Below are positions 26,230-37,914 of a stretch of DNA of 64,000 nucleotides, piece after piece. Positions within the stretch are counted from its first letter, which is position 1; every line of letters begins with the position of its first letter. The notes beneath the pieces were generated by a model. The model saw only the letters and a program-made list of their open reading frames with translations. It searched no databases and was not told the origin of the DNA. The translations under genes were made by a program, and so were the position numbers. This DNA is from Styela clava (Eukaryota): contig NC_135263.1 of the NCBI RefSeq assembly GCF_964204865.1, positions 496,001-560,000 on the forward strand, given 5' to 3'.

Positions 26230-29200
26230 TGCTCATACCTCAAGTCTTACAAATATTCCCTCACTGCTCATTTTATCACTATTTAATCCTCAACCCTTCT
26301 TCGCGTAGCAACCATTTACGTCATTTCCTCTGTCACATTGTAATTCATTTTGCTTGCGGCAAAAAGTGATAATGAGTCACCCATCTTGCCAAGAAAACCA
26401 ATTGTATTATTGTTTTGCATTTTATCGACATGCAGATAGGAATTTTATGCACGCTCTAACAACGTGACTGAAATCATATGTATTGTCTTGTTTTGCGTGA
26501 TTCCCAAAGCTACATCTCGTGTGAAACTCGTGAGGATTTTCAGAATGTCATGAGTTGGTGCTCCCGAGGTATATGTACCAAGATGGCGCACAACCTGAAC
26601 ATAGTATGTGTCCAAGTTACGGTTCAGGTTGTGCGTCATCTTGGTGCGAACACATCTGGAGCGCCCATTAGTTTAATATTGAAGCCCGCACTCGATCGAA
26701 ACAAGGAAATATTCTAGTCTTATGGCACAGGCACAGGCAATTTGAGTCTTTAAAAATGGCTGCTAATTAAATCCCCTAGATATGCCATAAAATCTCTACA
26801 AAATATAAAATTAAGATTTTCGATCTCATTTTGCATTTAGATCGGGCTTTCAGTGTCTGATTTCAAAGGACTTTGTTCTGGGTAAAGATGTGAAACTTCT
26901 CATGGAAACAATTTGGAAATCAAACAATTTACAGTGACGTTTGACCCGAGAAAATCTCTGATCATTTAATTATTGATTTACCAAATTTCCATGATTAACA
27001 ACTGAATATATGTTGTGTTGGAAATATTTAGAATTAAACGGGGAAAAGAAACCGATAGGACGGCATGCAATATTTTGAGTGCCAAGTTCGACAAGTCAGT
27101 GAAACGACCAATATGATATCGGTTAAAATGAACCTCGACTCAACCTATTTGGGAGCAGTTTCGTGGTTTTGCGTTTCGCTGACTTTGAAGTTTCTACGCC
27201 ACGCGTAAGTCGAAAGGTCTGCGTTGTTTTGAGTCATTTCCCATTGCTATATTTAACTGCAGAAAGGTAAAAGCAAGGACGTTCAATTCAGAAACTAAAA
27301 TTTGAATCATTCAATGTCTGAATATGTAGTTGGAAGCAATTTTTATGATCGTATTCGCTTTAAACAAGATTCGTGAAAAAAGACGCAATAACATTAATAA
27401 TATTTAAGGAGAGGCTTTACGATATTAGTCGGTGTTCCACCTAAATAATTTTAAGCCTACTGGAACTCAAATGTTTTTGATTTTGAATCACAACTACCAA
27501 ATTTACACATTCCTGTCCCTATTTCATTTATAATTGCTTGTCCTCATACCTCAAGCCTTACAAATAATCTCTTACTGCGCATTTTATCACTGTTTTATCC
27601 TGAACCCTTTTTCGCGTAGCAACCATTTACGTCATTTCCTCTGCCACATTGAAATTATTTTGTTTGGCTGAAAGAAGTGAAGATGAGTCACCCATCTTGC
27701 AAAGAAAACCAGTTGCATTATCGACATGTAAATAGGAATTTTATGCACACACTAGCAATGTGACTGAAATGATATGTATTGTCTTGTTTCGAGTGATTCC
27801 AAAGCTACATCTCGTGTGAAACTCGTGAGGATTTTCAGAATGTCATGAGTTGGTGCTCCCGAGGTAAATGTACCAAGATGGCGCACAACCTGAACATAGT
27901 ATGTGTCCAAGTTACGGTTTAGGTTGTGCGTCATCTCGGTGTGAAAACATCCGGGGCGCCCATTAGTTTAATATTGGAATATAAAATTAAGATTTTCGAT
28001 CTCATTTTGTATTTAGAACGGTCTTTCAGCGTCAGATTTCATGAATTTTTGTGGTAAAGATGTGTACTTCTCATGGAATCACTCCTAAAATCAATCAATT
28101 TTCAGTGACCTTTGACCCAGAAAAATCTTGTGGAATAAGACGCAGTAACAATAATAATATTTAAGGAGAGGCTTTACGATATTAGTTGGTTCGCCACCTA
28201 AATAATTTCAAGTCTACTGGAACTCAAACGTTTCTGATTTTAATTACGCTTCTCGTGAAGTTGCTTGAATTACGCATGATCCAACGAACTAACCTGAACG
28301 AACCACACATATCAATCATACACTGCGGACCTGACTACCACTCTGACGAACTTTTACTGGAACTTCTTCACATCACAACTACCAGATTTACATATTCATG
28401 TCTCTATTCAATTTATAACTGCTAGCCCTCATACCTCAAGTCTTACAAATAATATCTTCCTGCGCATTTTATCACTTTTGAATCCTGAACCCTTCTTAGC
28501 GTAGCAACCATTTACGTCATTTCCTCTGTCACACTGAAATTCATTTTGCTTGGCTGACAAAAACTGATATTGAGTCACCCACCATGCAAAGAAAACCATT
28601 TGCATTATTGTTTTGCATTATATCGACATGTAAATAGGAATTTTATGCACGCACTAACAACGTGACTGAAATGATATGTATTGTCTTGTTTTGCGTGATT
28701 CCCAAAGCTACAACTTGTGTGAAACTCGTGAGGATATCCATCATATCATGAGTTAAATATAGGAACCCGCACCCGATCAAAACAAAGAAATAATCTTGTC
28801 TTATGGTACAGGCACAGGCAATTTGAGTCTTTAAAAATGGCTGCCAATTAAACCCCTAGATATGTCATAAAACCTCTACAAAATATAAAATTAGGATTTT
28901 AGATTGCATTTCACATTTAGATCGGGCTTTCAGTGTCCTAGTTCAAGGAGCTTTGTTCTGGGTAAGGATGTGTAATTTCTATGGAAACAATCCGGATATC
29001 AAATAATTTCTAATGACCATTGACCCGGGAAAAATATCTGATCAGTCCATTACTGATTCACCAAATTTCCACGATTGACATCTGAATATCTATTGCGCTA
29101 GAAATATTTAGGTTTAAACGAAGAAAAGAGAGAGATAGGACGGCATACATTATTTCAAGTGCCAAGTTTGGATCGCAAAGGCAGTTGAACGCACAAAATA

Positions 29201-29420
29201 ATATCGGTAAAAATGAACCTCGACTCAACCTATTTGAGAGCAGTTTCGTGATTTCGCTGACTTTGAAGTTTCTGCGTCACGCGTAAGTCGAAAGGTCTGC
29301 GTTGCTTTGAGTCATTTCCCATTGCTATATTTAACTGTAAAGAGTTAAAAGCAAGGACGTTCAATTCAGAAACTAAAATTTGAATTTTTATGATCGTTTT
29401 GCATTTTCCCGCACTTTCCT
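26230..29420 (-). promoter_or_regulatory. Three tandem copies of a putative promoter plus non-coding leader exon of lectin C
   Basis: Each unit has the donor TTGAG|gtatgag (exon ends 26239, 27550, 28435) and an upstream AGAGGAAATGACGTAAATGG motif. The signal exon has its own acceptor tttctag| at 26100, 8 nt before the ATG. Confidence 0.55.
26557..26665. mobile_element. Fold-back MITE
   Basis: GGTGCTCCCGAGG...CCAAGATGGCGCACAACCTGAAC / GTTCAGGTTGTGCGTCATCTTGG...GGAGCGCC. Present in promoter units 1 and 2, absent in unit 3 (about 28750). Confidence 0.75.
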
Positions 29421-31299
29421 TTGCAACAACTAGCTAATAGGTAAATTAGGATAGGATTTACATATTTATCCCGGGGGAAAGGAAAACCGATAAGACGGTT
29501 TAAACACGTGACGAACCACGGGTCTAGTCCGGTAGTCAGTCCATGTTGGATGTGGTATTAGTTAGCCAGGTTTTGTTTTCATGGGCATGGAAGTCATTTC
29601 CTCTGCCACATCGAAATTCATTTTGCTCAGCTGACGAACACAAATTGTGTTTATTATGTCCATGCATGTTTGGTAGAAACATGTAGATTATTTGACTGAC
29701 ATTTGCAAAATATGGCCCGCGGGTCAAATTCGGCCCGTTGAGTAATTCATTCCGGCCCGCCTGATGCTGTCACAACCAACGGAGTCATAGTCAAATTTTA
29801 AGGTTTGAGCTAAAAAATAAATCAGGGAATTTGTTGAGATTGCGATTAAATTTATCTCTGAAACGAGGCTTATTGTTTTCCACTTTTGCTTTTGAAATCC
29901 TGTATATATTGTTCATAAAATGTAACTTTGTACGTAACACTTACATGGCCCGCCAGTCTAGTTGGACGAAAGTTTTGGCCCCTGATCCAAAAACCTTGCC
30001 CACCCATGTTATATGACATCGTTCCGTTGTCTGAAGGGTGCTCCCGAAGTATTCGTATCAAGTTGGATCACAACCTGAACATAGTATATGTACCAGGTTA
30101 GGGCTGGTAAGGTTGTGCGTCATCTTGGTACGAATACTCTCGGAGAGCCGTCTGAGAATACTTTTTTATAAGAGCTTCAAACAAATTTTAGATTAGAATT
30201 TTCATCTTTATCGTGGGAAGAGGAAAGCTGATGATACGGCTTGATTATATGAATACTGGTAATCTACTTATACGTAATCGTATTAGAGCTTATGAACACA
30301 TACAGGGTGAACATTGTTGCAATGTTGTTGTTGGGAACACGCATTATCAGGACTGGGTAGCTGTAGTCGAAGCCATGGAGCTGTGACATTTTGGTGAAGA
30401 AAAAGCTTGCCATGTTAGATGGAGCCAGAGCTACCAGAAATTTTAGTGGCTCCAGCTTCTAAGCATCACTCTCAGCTAATAATATTAATTTAAAACGAGG
30501 TAAAAAGACCGATATTACGGCATGCAATATTTTAAGTGCTAAGTTTGGATCGGAAAGTCAGTCGAACGCAAAAAATAATATCGGTAGTATGAACCTCGAC
30601 TCAACCTATTTGAGAGCAGTTTCGTAGTCTTGCATTTCGCTGATTTCGAAGTTTCTACGCCACCCGTAAGTTGAAAGGTCTGCGTTGCTTTGAGTCAATA
30701 CCCATTGCTATATTTAACTGCAGAAAGGTAAAAGCAAGGACGTTCAATTCAGAAACTATAATTTGAATATTCCAATGTCTGAATATGTAGTTGAAAGCAA
30801 TTTTTATGATCGTTTTGCATTTTCCCGCCATTTCCTCTGAAACATCTAATCTAACTAATAAAGGTAAATTAGGACAGGAGTTACATATTTATCCCCGGGG
30901 GAGAGGAAAGCCGATAGGACGGCTTAACAACGGCTCTCGACCCGTAATCAGTTCATGTTGAATGTGGTATTAGTTAGCCAGGATTTTATTTTCATGACAT
31001 GGACGTCATTTCCTCTGCCACATCGAAACTTATTTTGCTTAGCTGACGAAAAGAAATTGTTTTTATTATGCCCATGCATGTCTGATAGATACATGTAGAA
31101 TATATGACATTGTTCTGTTGTCTAAAGAACATTCTTTTTATAAGAGATTCAGTCAAATATAAGATTTTCATCTTTATAATAATGGGGGTTGCTAATGAGA
31201 CGGCGGCTGGACTATCTGGATTTTGGCAATCTACTTGAACAGTAGTTACCGAGTTACGTGAACCACCCTACGGCGGCGATGAGTCCAGCAATCTCTCAT

Positions 31300-31592
31300 A
31301 ATTATCCTGGAAGAAAGGCCGACAAAACGACCTAATCATATGGCTTACAATGGCCTTTCATCCGGTTGCCTGTCCATGTCGTGTATGGGATTAGTTAGCC
31401 ATGGACCTGATAGCAGATGAAGTCGTAGCCGACAAGTGGTTACGTGAACAACCCACCTTACGACGGCAAGGGTATTTCTTTTCAAGGACAGCAATCCTGT
31501 CACACACGGGGTGCTAACCTGCAGACCCGCGCAGGGTGATCACAAGTGCAATGGCGAGCAATTTTTTTTTAGCTAAGAGCCACACCGCCGAG
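31300..31592 (-). mobile_element. tRNA-derived SINE, degenerate
   Basis: The minus strand starts GGCGGTGTGGCTC.. (A-box-like) with GGTTAGCACCCC (B-box-like). The tail motif gggagaggaaagccgataagacggcttaa recurs at about 20105, 24231, 29475, 30898 and 32388. Confidence 0.5.
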
Positions 31593-32548
31593 TCTGATGG
31601 TTAAGGAAGTTGGTTTAGCCTTTACATGGGCAAAATGCGGCCCGTTATGTAATTCAATCTGGCCCGCCTGATGCTGCCGAACTAAACTTTGGTGCTTTAT
31701 CAAGAAAAAAATTCTTGGAGATGTAATTAAATTTAGTTTTGCCACGAAGCTTACTGCTTTCCACTTTTGCAACACTGTAAATATTGTGCATGAAATATAA
31801 TTGTTTATGTAACACTCACATGGCCCGCCAGTCTGGGTGGGCACAATCTGTGGCCACTGGTCCAAACACCTTGCCCGCCATTGGTTCAAGCCTGATGGCC
31901 GGCTCCAACCTTGCTAAAATTATTCCAAATCTTGCAACATCTCTACGAAAAAGATTATAAAAACGGCCAGTTTGCAATCTTTAAAATTTTATTTTGGCAA
32001 TAACACTTATAACCATTATAAGATTGAGCAGTCAGTGTGAGAACAAATAAAGCTTCTGCTGTAAAGTGGAATTCGCATGATTGGTGGACAAAATGTACTT
32101 TCGCAAAGATAGCAGAAATGATGAAATGTAGCCACGGGGGCAGTAAATGATTAGGTGGCAAGACACGGGACGGAAATACAAAAAAGTTGCCAAAATCTCG
32201 AAATATATTTAAACACGAGAAAGTATTATGCGAGCAGAATTGTTGAAGTCATTTTGAGACAAGAATTAATAATATCTCAACTTCCATGCACACCCTGGGT
32301 GTATCAAATTAAGTAAGAAGTGCCGAATCGCACAGTCCAGTCCTTTCAAAAATAATAAATCATGGAATAGATATACATATTTATTCCGGGGAGAGGAAAG
32401 TCAATAAGATGGCTTAAACCCCTCACGAGTCAGGGCCTGCTTGTATAAGGCCGTGTCTAGAGCAGAACTTCCCCCTGTGTTATATATAAGATTTTGTAGT
32501 GTTCCCATTCCCAATATTCAAAGCAGTGTTCCCATTGGAGAGAATGCT

Positions 32549-35500
32549 TCACGCTCCACTCTTCAAATGCCAAAGTCCGTCGTTCAAGTAATGAATATTC
32601 TCGACCCCTATATTCTTGTTGATCTTGATTCTAGAAAAATTAGTAAATATAGTTTGTGAAACCGAACATTTGACTATTTCGAATACATTCTAAAAAAATA
32701 TTTTTGAATCTATAATTTCAAATGCATTCTAAAATCCACTTAATTTTATTCGTTTTCTTAAAACCCAGTGACATAGGAATTAAGCTCAATAATATTATTA
32801 ATGTAAAGCAGCTATGAATACTTTGACATGTGCGACAAGATTGAAATTAGTGGATTACTTGTGGTGTATTTCGGCAAACACAGAAAATAGAGCTACTGTG
32901 CATGCTTTCTCTAACATGGCTAATTTTTGTTGTAAATCCGACTGTTTATCGTCAGCGTGAGTGTTACCTAGTCCAGGGGTTTTGCGATCCAGTGTGAAGG
33001 GTCGCGACCCTGTATTTGCGGACCCGTGATTTAGTCCATCGATATCGAACAAATAAAAATGGGCCCTTGAATAAATTTTATGTGTCAGGTTATGGTTAGG
33101 CCATAATTATATTCTGATTTTTCTTATTTCAGTTCTATTACGAAGTCGGGAACTTTCTGTGTTAGCGAAGTGAATATACACCCCCTGCCCATAGGTTTCA
33201 GTCCATTTATACAACTATCAACTAAAGGCAGTTTAAAAAACTAAATATATGATAGTTCCATCTACGGCTGTCCAACATCGAATAATTTTTTGATTCGAAT
33301 CGAATATTTTTGCCGAATCGAACAGAATAATCGAATATTATTGCGCAATCCTAAATCTGTCTCTATCATACAATAAACGCATGCCCTTCGTTGTTGTGGT
33401 AACGTATGCGCAGTTACATCTTATTTACTGCTGGTATTTTGCAATAAATACAATGTTTTCAGATTTATGGAAGAAGATCACACGCTTGCATGAACTGTTA
33501 AAAAAAATTGAGGAACTCCAAAATTTGGGTCTCGAAAACTGTTGAGTGTTAAGAATAAAAATTGCACAATTCAAAAATTGCAATCTCAATTCTAATGAAT
33601 TCAGTTTTAATAGGACATGTAAAGCCTGTATATGCTATTTTAATCCTATTCACTAGTCTTATGTTTTTTTGTGTAATTTTCAGCAAAATAATAACAACAA
33701 TTAATATAGATAAAACTGTTGCTCAAATTCAAAATTGCATATAACAAATTCGAAGCTAGTTTGATGACAATATTATTTGATGACTATAATATTGTTAGTG
33801 TACAACAGCCATCAAAATGCAAGAGTGCAATTATTTGTCTTGGTAAATAGATGGATAATACAGTATTGCCATCATAAGAAATTACAAATTCCATTGAAGG
33901 AAGGTGTTGCCATCATAAGGATCCCAAAACACCTGTTTCAGCCTTGAGTTGCCTGTACCATGTTCCTATGATAACTAACTCAACAGCTTCAAATCAATTC
34001 TATTTACAGAACTATGTTTTCTAAATTGCCCTTTTCTCCTTGTTCTCTCTCAAAAACGTCACTACCGATAACTTTTAAGTTATGATGACCATGCATGAAA
34101 TGGCTAATCACGTGCCACCGGGCATTAGGAATGACATGTTTATCACAAAATGAAGGTGAAAGGAATATGGGGAAACAAATTAAGCCGAGAGCGAGAGCGG
34201 TCTAAGCTCGCGCCGCCGCTTGCCGATGAAAAACGTCCTGCAAAGGTGGTTTCCGCTTTATGTGCCTAATCTTAAAAATTTGAAAATTACAGAAAAGCGA
34301 TTCGAATAATTTGCGATTCGATTTCGATAATTGGTTCGCTTGGACAGCCCTAGTTTCATCCCATCAATACTTACATATCCTCTGTCGACATCTTCATTAA
34401 ACCGATAGCAAGAGGATGCTCCTTTCCTTCTGCCATTACTGCCTGTATTGTATAGGTTGAGGAAAAAATTTCTTATTGATTAGTCAATGATTCAGAATTA
34501 TTTCAGGCTTCGTATGGTATCAATCTCAGAAATATTGGGGTGATGTGTTACCAAAATTGTTGATGCTATCGAAAACAAATACCTAACCAATCCCATGCCT
34601 GACCTGGACGAGAGGCCGTGGTTCACCGAAGGATTAGACGGTTTTATTGTTCCCCTGGATAAATATATATATCCTATAAGCAATACAGGGAGTCCTCGAC
34701 TTACGACATTGTTCCGTTCTCGAGACGTGGTGTAACCCGAATTTCAGTGTAAGTCGGAACATTAAACTGTACAGTTCATATATTACTCTATACATATCGT
34801 ACTGTATTGTAAAGTATGGTACTGCAATAAAATGTACAAATAATGCAAAAAAGTACTTTATTAAAAAAAAAACAGAAAGCAACTACCGTACATATCACAT
34901 GAATAAAAGCAAATACTGTACAGTACAGTATTATCTTTTATATTTTTTATGGAGTGCGTTCGTAACTTCAAAACAGCATTATGGAGTGCGCGTTCGTAAC
35001 CTTGAAACAGCGTAAGTCGCGACCGTCGTAACCCGAGGACTGCCTGTATTGACAAAATAGTAAATTCGTTTGACGAGTATTGTCTTAAAGGATACAACCA
35101 CAGATTCTGCTTCAATTCCTGGAGATAGTTTTGCACCAGGAGATGTGAGACCAGGACACATTATATTGGCTCCACTGAGAACAAACTTTATGGCTCCTCT
35201 GTCTACTTGCTGATGTGGCAGAATAAATGGATCTGAAAAGCATGGAAAAAATTCTGTCTGTCAGTTTTTTTTTGTTTGGTGTTCTTTTTGGATTGCAAAA
35301 GAAATTTATCAATACCATATACAGGGTGTCCAAAAAGTTCCGCCCGATTTTATAGCAATACCAATTGCAAATTTGAATAAATTTGGCTGTATGATAAATG
35401 GGGACTGTAACATCCAATTAGAAACAGGTTGACTATAAATCTTTTTTGAAATTAAAAAAAAATAACATTTGATTATAAAGACTTTATAATCGAGCGAAAC

Positions 35501-36908
35501 TTTTTGGACACCCTGTATAGTGTGGATAGTAAGAAGTGACCTAGGGTTGAATAATAGTGTAGCTGTTAAATACAGAGGCTATACTATAATAATTAAACAG
35601 TAACACGGAGATGGGATACATACAACTTACTGGCCTAAGACACAGATGTGCGATTAATAAATATAACTACAGTTTAAGACTGCTGCGTTATAGTAGGACA
35701 ATAGATGAAATATACAAATAAAACTTGTGTGTGTTGTGGCCGAAACAGGGGCCACATAAACCCCGAATGATGAAAAAGGGCCATGTAGCCATCTCTCTAA
35801 CACAGGTGTGGGCAAAGTTTTTGACCCGCGGGACATAGTTTGCCCATTTCTGCTTCGGGAGCATTAATCACACCCAGTACTTACATTTATGTAATAATCT
35901 CAGTACTGGAAACCATGGTCCATCTCTTTGCTTGAAGAACAGACATTTATCTTGAACTGTCAATATCTCAATATGTTCGTGGCATTTCATTATTTTTGCA
36001 TTTTCTTTCTTCGGCCAGATGTCCTGGTTGAATAAAATAAAGAGATAGAATTGCTACAGTGAATTGCATTAGAAGTGCAACTTTGTTGTCAGATCAAAAT
36101 AAGGCTGGTTACATAGATCGAAGATTTCTTTGGCCAGAAGTTTAGGTTCCCGAAGTACGTGAACCAAGATTGTGGACCCTGGAACGTAATAAGTGTACCA
36201 GGTTGGGGTTAGGCCATAATTTCAGGTACAAATACTACGGGAGTCACTTGGCTAGTCCCCGAACTCGTAATAGAACAAAATAAGGAAAATTGCAATAAAA
36301 TCATGGCTTAACCCTAACCTGGTACAAATACTACGTTCCGCCATCTTGGTTCACATAATTCGGGAGTGCCGAAGTTTATGATTTAATGATGTTAGTATGG
36401 CCTAAGATGAGAATGCAATAGCAAACTTAATTGGCAGAGAAAGGATTTCAGGTAGGTTATTGGGAGAGAACCATTTACCAGCAGACCTCAAAGACAGAAT
36501 TATGAATTTTGACTTTTTTTTTTAATTTGAGAGCGCCCATGGCAAAGTTGAAAAACGCTGACAATGAAACTGACAATGTTTAATACCTGCATATATTCCT
36601 CTAGTAACGGCATCTGTCTGATGATATCAGCTCGAATCTGTCGTTGAACTGAACTTTTCAGTTGACTTGTGGACGACACATTCTCTTTCTCTTCAAACCT
36701 GGGAACAAAAGTTTTGTTTTAAAAACTTATATTTTTATCAACATTTAAACACCTTTACTTCAAACAAGGTTCCGTGCAAGTAGGTCCGTGTCATACATAG
36801 CAAGTTTTTGTAGCTTGAAAAGGTCGGATTCCAAAATCAGACTTTGAGGAAGCAAATACTTCAGTTTGGACTCCAATATCAACAAAAAAGAACTTACTTT
36901 CGAAACAT
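32549..36908 (-). CDS. MCTS1: Malignant T-cell-amplified sequence 1 (MCT-1, PUA-domain translation re-initiation factor), 6 exons, 182 aa
   Basis: Exons 36908-36898 (MFRK), 36698-36587, 36023-35885 ([11 protein letters not shown]...LRLLHK), 35232-35096 ([34 protein letters not shown]), 34442-34375 ([17 protein letters not shown]) and 32630-32549 ([13 protein letters not shown]). Colinear with the MCTS1 sequence I know; phases are consistent. Confidence 0.95.
33263..34352. mobile_element. About 1.09-kb non-autonomous hAT element, copy 1 (MCTS1 intron 5)
   Basis: TIR TACGGCTGTCCAA/TTGGACAGCCCTA, TSD GTTCCATC/GTTTCATC, subterminal TCGAAT repeats. Confidence 0.85.
34443..35095 (-). other. U12-type (minor spliceosome) GT-AG intron, MCTS1 intron 4
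   Basis: 5' splice site GTATCCTTT; branch site TTTTCCTCAAC about 14 nt upstream of the TACAG acceptor; no polypyrimidine tract. Confidence 0.85.
34686..35046. mobile_element. Tigger/pogo-like MITE inside the U12 intron
   Basis: TA|CAGGGAGTCCTCGACTTACG ... CGTAACCCGAGGACTGCCTG|TA. Confidence 0.8.
35322..35515. mobile_element. Tc1/mariner-type MITE (MCTS1 intron 3)
   Basis: TA|CAGGGTGTCCAAAAAGTT ... AACTTTTTGGACACCCTG|TA; perfect 18-bp TIR. Confidence 0.85.
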
Positions 36909-37914
36909 CGTGATAAATTCTGACTTTAAATCTCTGTCAGTGAGTACTCAAATGTATCGGGATACAATTCCGCAGAAAAACTTCTAGAGAGACTTCTTCT
37001 TCAATGTTTAATTTCCAGATTTAAGAATATACTTTTTATAATTACTTATACTAAATATCTAAACATACAAAACATAAATTACATGAAGCAAACACTCATA
37101 AAACAGTAGTACTAGATAAGTTGAAATGTATGTAAAGTTGGGGGCTAAAGTTGGATGCAATCGGGGAAACCCCAAATTTACAGGGGATTTATCATGGTAT
37201 CAGCGAAGCGATTATACCTGGATTATAAGGAAAAGCAAAATCTCACACCATGCTAAAAATCTAAAAATGAAAAGGTAAATTAGTGGGCTAAAAAAGGGGT
37301 TTAATGGTAATGGGGAATCCCAGAATTTACAAGGGCTACGGAAAATGTGAAAATTTGGTGCAACATTTTGTAGACGGTTGGAAATCTACCCCTTGAATGA
37401 TGAAGAGTCAGGAACAATCTTTGATGAGCTATGAGCTCTATTCTATCATCATTGTAGCTGACACGCCATTCATACAGCGCTTCAAAAAACAACAAAATCT
37501 CACATCATGCTTGAAATAAAAATGCAACAATTCCATTACTATAAGCATAGTAGAAAGATATGTCAAAAGGAATAGACAATGCCAAAGCAAGAAATTTTCA
37601 CAAAATGAAATGAACACTGAGGAAAGGAGAAATTCCTGCAATTAAAATTTGGATTAGAATAATTCCAAGCTATTATTTGAACAGTGTCTTTAGTGGAAAA
37701 AATACATCGTTTGAATATTCAAAATGAATAATTATTTAACCAAGAGTATGGTGTATAAGTTTGTTGAAAAGGGAGGGGAGATTCCCCACATTGATTCTGT
37801 GTACAGTGTCTCTAGTGGAAACCAAACACAATGTTCAGTGCAGCTAAGAATATAATTTAAATTGAATGCTCATATAACGAGGTACAAGTTTTTTACAGAG
37901 GGAGGGGAATTTCC

